From IMG/VR virus record IMGVR_UViG_3300025653_000041, positions 1 through 58,718 of that record: 58,718 nucleotides of DNA; one strand, given 5' to 3'. This DNA is from a virus. Its lineage: Duplodnaviria; Caudoviricetes. Positions 36,511-44,352 of this stretch are shown piece by piece. How positions within the stretch are numbered: the stretch's first letter is position 1; each line of letters starts with the position of its first letter. The notes beneath the pieces are model-generated. The model was not told the DNA's origin, ran no database searches, and saw nothing but the letters and a program-made list of their open reading frames with translations. The translations under genes were made by a program, and so were the position numbers.

Positions 36511-37340
36511 GCCGCTACCGCAAGTGACTTGAACACAGGACTTTCAACCCAGCCAGCTACTTCAACTTCACGCATGAACAATGACTTAGCTTGTGTATCA
36601 CCGCCAGTGTTACGCTGAGTAAAACCATTGCGTTCATCTGCATAGGTAGCGTAGTTGGTGAAGGCAGAATACAGTGACCACAGGTTGTGTCCACGTGTGG
36701 CTACCTCTTGGTTATATAAGATGTGCATCTTCTCTGCCTTACGGTCAGACTTGAGTAATGTTTCAAGCATGTCCTTAACATCCACATTGACTAGGCTAGT
36801 GTTTGCCCAGCGTTGCATCTGTTCTGCCTGTGCAGTGAAGTCCTGCTGAGACTTATGCAGTTCAGTGATGAACTTGTCTATGTTGAAGCCACTGGTGTTC
36901 TTACGCATCACCTTGTCATGCTTGCCACGTATCTGCCCATTGAGACAGAAGAAGTCGATAGCACCAAAGATGGTGGTGTTAGAACAAGTACCATTCACAC
37001 CATGCAGGGCAATGATACGCTTCATTAGTGTAGTCTCATGCTTGTCAGTAGCAATCTTAGCTGTCACGTTGGGCAGGGTCATGTCCATCATAGCCCAGCC
37101 ATCCTTGTGTGCGCTACGCCAGCTAATGTGTGCGTCTTCCATGTCATGTTCTGACAGTGTTTCAGTTGTCGTGTCCATAACTTTGCGGAAGAAGTCACCA
37201 TGATTGGCGCAGGTAAAACCATTGCCTACGACACCAATGTACTCACCTGTATCGCCATTGATAACATACTTCTTATCTTCAACTTTAGTAGGTTCAAACT
37301 CTACCTCAAAGTCGAGATGTTCTGGAATATATTCTAGCAT
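36507..37340 (-). CDS. DUF932-like protein
   Basis: GVVG..F....H, FFCLNG, NLWSLYSAFT.YAT motifs. Confidence 0.7.
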   Translation of the reverse strand: MLEYIPEHLDFEVEFEPTKVEDKKYVINGDTGEYIGVVGNGFTCANHGDFFRKVMDTTTETLSEHDMEDAHISWRSAHKDGWAMMDMTLPNVTAKIATDKHETTLMKRIIALHGVNGTCSNTTIFGAIDFFCLNGQIRGKHDKVMRKNTSGFNIDKFITELHKSQQDFTAQAEQMQRWANTSLVNVDVKDMLETLLKSDRKAEKMHILYNQEVATRGHNLWSLYSAFTNYATYADERNGFTQRNTGGDTQAKSLFMREVEVAGWVESPVFKSLAVAA

Positions 37341-37371
37341 TATCATTCTCCTTTCGATTGTGTAAGAGGCA

Positions 37372-37400
37372 GTTATATCATATAAGATATATGATGTCAA
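37372..37400 (-). promoter_or_regulatory. sigma70-type promoter for replication genes
   Basis: TTGACA-17-TATAAC with extended -10 TG. Confidence 0.75.
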
Positions 37401-37826
37401 CTACTCCCACCTATAAAAGATGTGGTCATTAATCCTGACCGTCATAGTCTTAGTCTTAGCCCACTCAGGTGTTACATAGTGGGCATGGTAATGTGTCGCA
37501 CCTTCAACAAAGTCATCCAAGTTACCATGATACACACCATGTGCAATCATCAGAGCCTTGGCATAAGCCTTTGTATTCCTTGGCTTATCAGACTTGCCAT
37601 CACAGTACCAGCTAAACTGGCACCGATTACGAACAGGGAAGTCGGGCTTCCATGAGTAGGTAGGTGACTGCTTGACCACCTCACATACTGTGTTGGGATA
37701 CCTGTCATCATGCACCCTGTTCATCACCACTTGAGCAACCGCAACCTGCCCCACAAAGGGCTGGTCACGTGCCTCATGGTATGTGTTAAGTGCTAGGCAT
37801 ACAAGTGCCGCCTCAATCATCGTCAT
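37401..37826 (-). CDS. SleB-like cell wall hydrolase (Hydrolase_2)
   Basis: CLALNTYHEAR...AVAQVVMNRV...CQFSW...GATHYH...HIFY. Confidence 0.9.
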   Translation of the reverse strand: MTMIEAALVCLALNTYHEARDQPFVGQVAVAQVVMNRVHDDRYPNTVCEVVKQSPTYSWKPDFPVRNRCQFSWYCDGKSDKPRNTKAYAKALMIAHGVYHGNLDDFVEGATHYHAHYVTPEWAKTKTMTVRINDHIFYRWE

Positions 37827-38028
37827 CGTCTTTTACATCTTCGGCGTACTCATAGTCTGCCCAATACTTAGTCTTGGCGAATGCACCAATCCCACGCAAT
37901 GTATATTCAGCATACTGCAATTCACACACTTGGTTGTATGTGATAGGCAGTTTTTCATCGGTAGTTATGCCAATATCTTTTATTAGATTGATTACTTTCA
38001 GTAGTTTCTTGCGGTCATGTTCAAGCAT
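37813..38028 (-). CDS. hypothetical early protein
   Basis: GGAG SD, coupled. Confidence 0.55.
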   Translation of the reverse strand: MLEHDRKKLLKVINLIKDIGITTDEKLPITYNQVCELQYAEYTLRGIGAFAKTKYWADYEYAEDVKDDDDD

Positions 38029-38488
38029 ATTGGTTCTCCTCTTGCATCATTTCAGTTATACCAAACTCGTCATCAAGTTCTGGGCGTACCTCACCGATAC
38101 TCTCAATGTCAGCAGTTGACCAATCAAAACCATCAACATACTCACCAACGTACCCCCACCCTTCATCAAGGTATCTTGCATTTATCTCATAGCCCATGTC
38201 TGTCAGCTTGTCAAAGACAGGGATAGGTGGTGACCATGCAGTGTAGAAGGTCATGGACAATGTGTTAGCATCAATGCGAGTGCAGTGCGTCTCATAGATG
38301 TCCCACTTCGTACCCCAATTATCCAGCCGCCACTCATACCAATCGCCACCATCAAGCAGGGACTCGTTCATAGGGATGATGTGTTGCAGTAGTGAAGCAT
38401 CGTCTGTGTTCATCACATTGTAGATGTCATCAATCTTCTGGCTGTCAGCGTGTGACAGGATTACTCTGTTATCTGTATGATTAGGCAT
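38021..38488 (-). CDS. DUF1281/YubB ferredoxin-like domain protein
   Basis: MPNHTDN...WYEWRLDNWGTKWD...FYTAWSPP...YLDEG. Confidence 0.75.
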   Translation of the reverse strand: MPNHTDNRVILSHADSQKIDDIYNVMNTDDASLLQHIIPMNESLLDGGDWYEWRLDNWGTKWDIYETHCTRIDANTLSMTFYTAWSPPIPVFDKLTDMGYEINARYLDEGWGYVGEYVDGFDWSTADIESIGEVRPELDDEFGITEMMQEENQYA

Positions 38489-38663
38489 ATTGGTTCTCCT
38501 CAAATTTACAACGTACAGTATAGTAAGCCATTAGCATTGCGGCAATCTCTGGGAATGATTCCCAATCAGGTTTTCCACCTGTCTCAAACATATAATCAAT
38601 CTCAGTGTCCATTGCGACTAGCATGGCGTTGACTTGTTTTGGTGGTAGGTTAAGTGTTATCAT
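38481..38663 (-). CDS. hypothetical early protein
   Basis: SD AAGGAG, coupled. Confidence 0.55.
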   Translation of the reverse strand: MITLNLPPKQVNAMLVAMDTEIDYMFETGGKPDWESFPEIAAMLMAYYTVRCKFEENQYA

Positions 38664-38808
38664 TGTTTGTCTCCTTATCTAAGATAGCCCAATACTGGTC
38701 AAATGTATATACTTGGGTATCGGTTTCAACTTCCATTGGGTATGCACCAAAATGTTCATAATGGTCAAGCACATATTCTTTGATGGCTTCAAAATCATCA
38801 GTCATCAT
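38650..38808 (-). CDS. 52-aa hypothetical protein (not in ORF track)
   Basis: MMTDDFEAIKEYVLDHYEHFGAYPMEVET...; SD AAGGAG. Confidence 0.55.
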   Translation of the reverse strand: MMTDDFEAIKEYVLDHYEHFGAYPMEVETDTQVYTFDQYWAILDKETNNDNT

Positions 38809-39007
38809 TTTCATTCTCCTTCTTTGGATACATTTGTTCGGCAGTGTAGTATATCACTTCCCAATTAATACCAATGCAAGCATCGTGTCTGTGTTCTATT
38901 GCCTGTAGTACATCAAGGGCTTGTTCATCAGTCAGCCATTCACATTCTTGTTTCACATCTTCGGCTGACCAGATGATTGCAATTTCATTGTCCTGTAGTT
39001 TCATCAC
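38798..39007 (-). CDS. hypothetical early protein
   Basis: WSAEDV...LTDEQALDVL...HDACIGINW. Confidence 0.6.
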   Translation of the reverse strand: MMKLQDNEIAIIWSAEDVKQECEWLTDEQALDVLQAIEHRHDACIGINWEVIYYTAEQMYPKKENENDD

Positions 39008-39170
39008 TATTCTCCCACTTTATGTTGAGTTCAATTTCATTCCATGCAGATTCATAAGCGGCATCCCAACTAATGTGGTATCCTCTGGATACATCTTCGT
39101 CAGCCATTAAGATTGCCCAACGGTTAATGCAAGGCTCATGGTCTAGTGGTAAATTAAGTTGATTAGTCAT
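38985..39170 (-). CDS. hypothetical early protein
   Basis: SD AAGGAG. Confidence 0.5.
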   Translation of the reverse strand: MTNQLNLPLDHEPCINRWAILMADEDVSRGYHISWDAAYESAWNEIELNIKWENSDETTGQ

Positions 39171-39321
39171 CGTCTGTGTTCTCCTTTGGATACCATACGT
39201 CTACATCACATCCACATTTAGGACAGTGCAAGCAAGTCCTCATGCTGTAGAAATCTTCTTCATCTGATACGTCATGGTCAATACCCCATATCAGTTCTGT
39301 CTTACAGTGCCAGCAGTTCAT
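39163..39321 (-). CDS. 52-aa zinc-ribbon protein (not in ORF track)
   Basis: MNCWHCKTELIWG...HCPKCGCDV. Confidence 0.6.
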   Translation of the reverse strand: MNCWHCKTELIWGIDHDVSDEEDFYSMRTCLHCPKCGCDVDVWYPKENTDDD

Positions 39322-39542
39322 TCTTCTAGCTCTACATACGCAGTGCTGTAGTCTTGGTCACCATACGCCCAGCCACCATCGTTTTCCACATCTATGTCAA
39401 CACCAATCAGGTGCATGGTCTGTTCCCTTGCCATCTCACCCGCTTTTACTTCTGCTTCTAAGACATCGTATGCCTCAATCTCAAAGTTGCGGTCATACCA
39501 AATCTCAAAGTCAATCTTTACGTTGTATAGTTTTTTATCCAT
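39318..39542 (-). CDS. hypothetical acidic early protein
   Basis: Coupled ORF. Confidence 0.5.
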   Translation of the reverse strand: MDKKLYNVKIDFEIWYDRNFEIEAYDVLEAEVKAGEMAREQTMHLIGVDIDVENDGGWAYGDQDYSTAYVELEE

Positions 39543-39717
39543 CTGTTTCAAACTCCTTAACAAACTCTAGTTCAATGTGTGCATTAGGGTACAAGGCTTG
39601 CGCCATGTCCATTGCATGTTCAACAGCATGATTCCATACTGACTCAGCCAATGGCTGTGGGTGTACATTGTACACACCACTGACGCCATCCATCTTGATA
39701 CCGATTTCCCAATACAT
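39535..39717 (-). CDS. hypothetical early protein
   Basis: Coupled ORF. Confidence 0.5.
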   Translation of the reverse strand: MYWEIGIKMDGVSGVYNVHPQPLAESVWNHAVEHAMDMAQALYPNAHIELEFVKEFETDG

Positions 39718-39718
39718 A

Positions 39719-40126
39719 TTATGCTACCTTCCTGATTGCCTTACGTCCACGCTTGCCACGAGCAAGGTCACGCAGGTTGTCGATTTGAAGTGTACCAATC
39801 TCAACAGAGATAGGCTTGCGGTTCTTGCGGCGTACAGCCTTGCCAAGTGCCTTGTGCATTACATCAAGTGCCTTGAGTACAATAGCACCAGCATCACCAT
39901 GAATGAAGCCACCACTGTCAGCCTTAGTCTCACGAGCAAGCGGCAGGATAGCACGATACAGGTTGTAACGGCCTAGAGACACGCCATGATACTGCTCATA
40001 CAGTCTTTCTACTTTACCCAGCTTGGCCTCAATCTGAGGTGTTGCAAGTACTTGTCCTGTCATACCTGTTGAACGCTTGTGATATGTGCCAGACTTGATG
40101 GTGTTCTCAATGTTAAGTGTTGTCAT
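39719..40126 (-). CDS. basic hypothetical early protein
   Basis: Strong SD AAAGGAGA; 135 aa. Confidence 0.65.
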   Translation of the reverse strand: MTTLNIENTIKSGTYHKRSTGMTGQVLATPQIEAKLGKVERLYEQYHGVSLGRYNLYRAILPLARETKADSGGFIHGDAGAIVLKALDVMHKALGKAVRRKNRKPISVEIGTLQIDNLRDLARGKRGRKAIRKVA

Positions 40127-40148
40127 AATAATATCTCCTTTGTGTTGG

Positions 40149-40553
40149 TTAGTTGGTTAGTCCGCTGTCGGACTTAGGGTTGTTGCTTTGGTAAGCCCAT
40201 ACACATGGCCTACCTTCGGATTTACCGACAACGATGGTGTCAATGTCGGTAACAGATTCACCTGTATCTCTGAACACAAAGGTGTCATTGACATAGGGAT
40301 TGTATGTGACAGGTCTGCAAGTATCTTGCATGAAAGCCCTAGCATCCAAGGTTGATACTGTGCCTACAGCAAAGGCGTGAACATTCTTCTTGCCTTCACG
40401 TCTCACCTTTTCTTGCCCAGCTTTGCGAACAACAAACTTGCCAGCAGATAGGACGCAAGTAGTCTCATGTCTGATTACTCTGCCTGTCTTGCGGTCTTGT
40501 ACAGACCAACATTTCTTATGAAGATTCCAATATATTCTTACTTGGTTACCCAT
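40149..40553 (-). CDS. conserved phage protein
   Basis: YWNLHKKCWSV...KKNVHAF...TYNPY motif family. Confidence 0.65.
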   Translation of the reverse strand: MGNQVRIYWNLHKKCWSVQDRKTGRVIRHETTCVLSAGKFVVRKAGQEKVRREGKKNVHAFAVGTVSTLDARAFMQDTCRPVTYNPYVNDTFVFRDTGESVTDIDTIVVGKSEGRPCVWAYQSNNPKSDSGLTN

Positions 40554-40698
40554 AGCTTTGCTCCTGTGCTATCTGAGTGTTACGCCTTGCAGTACGTCTT
40601 ACATTCTGCTTGCGCTTGTTGTAACTACGCCAATGGTCACGCTTGCCTTCTGGCTTAGTTGTCTTTTGGTTCTTCATGTTGTCTAGCTTGATTTGCAT
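40546..40698 (-). CDS. 50-aa basic protein (not in ORF track)
   Basis: MQIKLDNMKNQK...; overlaps both neighbours. Confidence 0.4.
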   Translation of the reverse strand: MQIKLDNMKNQKTTKPEGKRDHWRSYNKRKQNVRRTARRNTQIAQEQSYG

Positions 40699-40810
40699 TG
40701 TGCTTATCTTTCTTTCGATTGTATTTGGTTTTGTCAGGCACTACTTGTGAACGTCTGCGATTATTCTGTAGGAGTGCCTTTGCTACAGGATTGATTGTCT
40801 TAATACGCAT
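40655..40810 (-). CDS. small basic protein (NPVAK...KYNRK motif)
   Basis: Start after GGAG SD; MRIKTINPVAKALL...KTKYNRKKDKH. Confidence 0.6.
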   Translation of the reverse strand: MRIKTINPVAKALLQNNRRRSQVVPDKTKYNRKKDKHNANQARQHEEPKDN

Positions 40811-40857
40811 TGTCAATTCTCCATTAGTCCGCTGTCGGACTAGTCTAGTATATCTAA

Positions 40858-40932
40858 GTAACAATATATACTTCACTAAAGTATCAGTATATATGTTACA
40901 TAAGATATACATAAGGTTTTTCAGCTTGTCAA
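40858..40932 (-). promoter_or_regulatory. promoter plus hairpin with ACTTTAGTGAA loop (copy A)
   Basis: TTGACA-17-TATATC followed by a 14-bp stem with a bulge. Confidence 0.6.
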
Positions 40933-41579
40933 GCGATACCGTGTAACTTTCTCCAAGTCACCCAAGTGATAGCTTGCAACTCATACGCTTTCAATCGCTT
41001 GCCGTTGACACGACAACGTGATGCCGCAATGCGGTACGCATCTTGAAGATTGCGATACTCGACAACACCGATATTGGTTTTGTTGTCAGTCAGATTGACA
41101 CGTTCATTGTAAGCAATGTTACGTGCATGACCATCAATGGTACAGGTATCATCACCCATGATGTTTTCGTAGAAACATACAATCTTCTTGCCATTGAGAA
41201 TGGTTTTGACTTCATCAACAATAACGGTGTCATGTTCGGAATACCGCATTGGCATCTGCTCAAGGATAGACCATGCTTTCAGCTTCATGGCATTGTATGT
41301 ACATACTGATACATCTTCGGGCTTGCCGCCATTACGCCATGCCGCAATCAAGTTGTCAGCATTGGTGACATTGATAGCCCAGCGATTGTTTGGTGACAGT
41401 GCCGCCACGACACCAACAACAATGTATTCTGGCAAGTTGTACTTGTCAGCCATGATGCGGCATTCTTCATACGCTTCGGCGTACCATGCAATGCCATGTG
41501 CTACATCTGCTGGCTTTGCCTTGCGCCGCATAGCAATGATATTCTTGACAGCAAGTGCCATATTAAATTCGGTTTTCAT
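40929..41579 (-). CDS. conserved phage protein, possible HhH glycosylase-like fold
   Basis: WY...VVAALSPNNRW..N...CTIDGHA...LQAITWVTWR. Confidence 0.6.
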   Translation of the reverse strand: MKTEFNMALAVKNIIAMRRKAKPADVAHGIAWYAEAYEECRIMADKYNLPEYIVVGVVAALSPNNRWAINVTNADNLIAAWRNGGKPEDVSVCTYNAMKLKAWSILEQMPMRYSEHDTVIVDEVKTILNGKKIVCFYENIMGDDTCTIDGHARNIAYNERVNLTDNKTNIGVVEYRNLQDAYRIAASRCRVNGKRLKAYELQAITWVTWRKLHGIA

Positions 41580-41851
41580 TACACATTCTCCATGTTTGGA
41601 ACATCAATTTCAATTACTTTCCATGCCGCCCAGACTTCGCCTGTCTCAGCATGTACTACAGCACAAGTGCCATGAGGCCAACGCCAATTTATGATTGCAT
41701 TGGATTCCCATTTCCAGCCCATAGCTTCGGCACATTTTTCTTCGGCAGATTCAGATGCAATTTCCTGTGCCTCAAACACATCATTACATACCACTGGCAT
41801 AGGTTGCCAATCCCACGTCATAGTCCATTCCATTACAATAAACTGTTTCAT
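41579..41851 (-). CDS. hypothetical early protein
   Basis: Start MKQFIV after GGAG SD. Confidence 0.55.
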   Translation of the reverse strand: MKQFIVMEWTMTWDWQPMPVVCNDVFEAQEIASESAEEKCAEAMGWKWESNAIINWRWPHGTCAVVHAETGEVWAAWKVIEIDVPNMENV

Positions 41852-41864
41852 TACACCCACTCCA

Positions 41865-42101
41865 TTAAAATCTGGTAGAATCTTGGTCACTATATAGTGG
41901 GTCAGGGTAAGTATTACCCTTGTCACTATATACAATAAGGTCATTGTCAAAGTCAATATCGCCATATGACCTATAGTCATGGTAAGAGTGGATAAAGTCA
42001 GGTTTACCAAACACTCTCACCGCCGCGCTGTACTGCGCATCTGTACGGAATCCAACAAAATGCACAGCGGCATAGTAAGTATCAAAACATCTAGCAGTCA
42101 T
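41865..42101 (-). CDS. hypothetical early protein
   Basis: VHFVGFR...AVRVFGKPDFIH; flanked by a 19-bp direct repeat. Confidence 0.6.
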   Translation of the reverse strand: MTARCFDTYYAAVHFVGFRTDAQYSAAVRVFGKPDFIHSYHDYRSYGDIDFDNDLIVYSDKGNTYPDPLYSDQDSTRF

Positions 42102-42370
42102 TACACCCACTCCATTTCATAAGCATCTTCAAGCCAACGCATAGCTGTAGCTATATCAGGACAGCCACTGTCCATGCAAGAATTAATTGCATCATCTTCT
42201 AGCTTGCGCTGATGACGTAGTTCCTCATCAAGCATACGTTGAAGCGTAGCAACCTCAGACTGTAGGTCTGTGATAGAACACAGGTCATAGTTCATGCCAC
42301 GTGGCCTTACACCATGTACATCCTTGAACAAATCCCACAAGGTCTGTAGTAATTCATCTTTGTAAGTCAT
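42101..42370 (-). CDS. hypothetical early protein
   Basis: WDLFKDVHGVRPR motif; GGAG SD. Confidence 0.6.
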   Translation of the reverse strand: MTYKDELLQTLWDLFKDVHGVRPRGMNYDLCSITDLQSEVATLQRMLDEELRHQRKLEDDAINSCMDSGCPDIATAMRWLEDAYEMEWV

Positions 42371-42421
42371 CTAAAACTCCAAGTTGTTAGTCCGCTGTCG
42401 GACTAGTTAAGTGTTATATAA

Positions 42422-42486
42422 GTAATACATACTTCACTAAAGTATCAGTATGTATTACGTTATACACTATACCAAATTCTTGTCAA
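42422..42486 (-). promoter_or_regulatory. promoter plus hairpin with ACTTTAGTGAA loop (copy B)
   Basis: TTGACA-16-TATAAC followed by a perfect 12-bp stem. Confidence 0.65.
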
Positions 42487-42724
42487 TCATCCTTTGCTTC
42501 AAGTCAAACAATGCTTGCATTTGTGCTTGCCGCTTTGCATCTGCCGCAATCTTGGCATCATACTCAGCTTGCCAAGCATCAGCTTGACCCGTCACATAAA
42601 CATGGAAATCAGGCCGTGTCTCAGGCTCATAGCTACGGCTATAGGCTTGAGTATCCATGCTACGCCAGCTTGAGCCTAACGGCTTGTGCTTACCCATATC
42701 TACGATTGCACCACGTTTAGCCAT
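42467..42724 (-). CDS. hypothetical early protein
   Basis: Start MAKRG after GAGG. Confidence 0.55.
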   Translation of the reverse strand: MAKRGAIVDMGKHKPLGSSWRSMDTQAYSRSYEPETRPDFHVYVTGQADAWQAEYDAKIAADAKRQAQMQALFDLKQRMIDKNLV

Positions 42725-42953
42725 TGTTTCTATACCTCTCAATAATTTCATCTTCGATGCGGAACTGTCTAATCCGCAAAGCACTCTCATAAAAACACAA
42801 ACCCATTGCCCAAGTCATAAAGCTAATGCAAAGCATTATTCCTGCAGACATGGCATCATGTAGCACAAGGATAATGGGTGATGATGCAAACGCCATGAAC
42901 GCTATACACCACCAGAACAGGCAACAAATGCTATGGAAATATTCTCTAATCAT
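42717..42953 (-). CDS. small 2-TM membrane protein
   Basis: Two hydrophobic segments; GGAG SD. Confidence 0.55.
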   Translation of the reverse strand: MIREYFHSICCLFWWCIAFMAFASSPIILVLHDAMSAGIMLCISFMTWAMGLCFYESALRIRQFRIEDEIIERYRNNG

Positions 42954-43015
42954 AATTTAATACTCCGTATTAAGCTAAGTCCGCTGTCGGACTAAGAAAA
43001 GGTAGACTGTAGGGA

Positions 43016-43648
43016 TTACCCTACAGCCTCAAAAGGTACAACTTCGTTGTCTTGTTTAATCATACCAATAGCATTTGCTATTGCAATCTCAAAATCAGCT
43101 ATGCTGATATTATTCATTTCTACTTGCAGTAGAACTTCAAGTGCCAAATCTTCAGCAGTCTTTTCAGACTGTACAGAGGACTTGTCCTCAATCTGCTTAA
43201 CCTCATCTTGAGGTTCAACAGGTGTTTCAACCTCTGGTTCAACAATCTCTTCAACCTTTGGGTTGACAATCTTATCGACTGCTTTCAGCAAATCTTTCAT
43301 GCTACAAATCGAAGATTTCTTACCAAGCAAATCGTTTTCAACGATTACAGAGAAGTTCTCAAAGAACTTCATGGCTTCACTACGGCGTTGCTTTGCAACG
43401 GTATGAAGATTGGCATCTTTCAGCAAAGCTGAGTCAGTACGATTACCACCGGACTCTGTCCGTAGCTTTACAAGTATTTCTCCAAGGGAGAACCAAAAGC
43501 CACCAAACTCACAGAGTTTCTTGAAGCGACTGACATCACCTTTGGTGATTGACTTATCCCATTGGGATAATACTAAGCCTTTGTCTTGGAGAGTGTTATT
43601 AGCTTCAGCTAATTGAACAGAGAACGATTTTGAAGTTGATTTAGCCAT
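43016..43648 (-). CDS. first early gene, hypothetical
   Basis: 210 aa, SD AAGGA, first ORF of the minus-strand arm. Confidence 0.7.
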   Translation of the reverse strand: MAKSTSKSFSVQLAEANNTLQDKGLVLSQWDKSITKGDVSRFKKLCEFGGFWFSLGEILVKLRTESGGNRTDSALLKDANLHTVAKQRRSEAMKFFENFSVIVENDLLGKKSSICSMKDLLKAVDKIVNPKVEEIVEPEVETPVEPQDEVKQIEDKSSVQSEKTAEDLALEVLLQVEMNNISIADFEIAIANAIGMIKQDNEVVPFEAVG

Positions 43649-43681
43649 GATATTTTCCTTTTATCTATCTTTAGGTTTTAT

Positions 43682-43724
43682 AGGGATATATCCCCTTTCA
43701 CTAAAGTTCAAGGGGTATATTCCT
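43682..43724 (-). promoter_or_regulatory. hairpin with ACTTTAGTGAA loop (copy C)
   Basis: Same 11-nt core as copies A and B but with a different stem sequence. Confidence 0.6.
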
Positions 43725-44320
43725 TAAAACCGTAAGAAGATAGTTAAAGTTTGGAGTTTGCCTCGCGCCATCGTCTGCGCTTGCCGTTTCGCTTGTGATT
43801 GCAGGAAACTACGTTTCCGAAATTGGTGCGCGAAACTCGTGACGGGTAGCGAGGTTTGGCGGTGTAGTGTGACATATATGCAACAGTAAACTGTTGACAG
43901 CAAGTCCGACAGCGGACTAAGGACAGCATAGCTGAGTAGTAGAAGCATGAGCATTACAACTTGTTGTAAATCTGTGAAGTCAGCCATTTACAATCATACT
44001 TCGTATGGCAACTGATACCATAACAGTTGTTTACAACTGGCTGAGAACATCATATCTACTACATCTTGATGTAGACGGATGCTTGGTCACTACATCTGGC
44101 TCTAACCATGCGCTACGCAACGCATTATGCGGCGCATCACCCGCGCAGTTAGGTGGCCGGGCAGGAGCCATGCGGGGGTATAGCGTATATATACTTGTAT
44201 ATCTACACAGATTAGGTAAATTCAGTGTTAACCACAGAGGCAACTGTCATTACATATATGCACAAGTATTGTGCAACTGCCTAAAAAATAGGCAACTATA
44301 GATGCATGAAAATAAAAGAC
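43725..44320. other. non-coding divergence region, probable genome termini/DTR
   Basis: Lies between oppositely oriented arms; nested inverted repeats; GC-rich then AT-alternating tract at 44130-44210. Confidence 0.5.
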
Positions 44321-44349
44321 TTGACAACCCCCCTGAAATCTGGTATAAT
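44321..44349 (+). promoter_or_regulatory. consensus sigma70 promoter for the late arm
   Basis: TTGACA-17-TATAAT with extended -10 TG. Confidence 0.85.
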
Positions 44350-44352
44350 TAG

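Larger units (their letters stand above)
40159..43918. repeat. five copies of palindrome AGTCCG-CTGT-CGGACT (40159, 40826, 42389, 42978; inverted at 43903)
   Basis: Exact 16-bp matches, four just upstream of early-gene SDs. Confidence 0.9.

Noticed and set aside
40159-43918. Palindromic repeats as a CRISPR array
   Set aside because: Only 16 bp long, spaced hundreds to >1500 bp apart by genes, one copy inverted; the Cas4-like gene is a common phage exonuclease.
43724-44301. ORFs in the divergence region
   Set aside because: No SD, atypical composition, overlapping on both strands and coincident with structured DNA.
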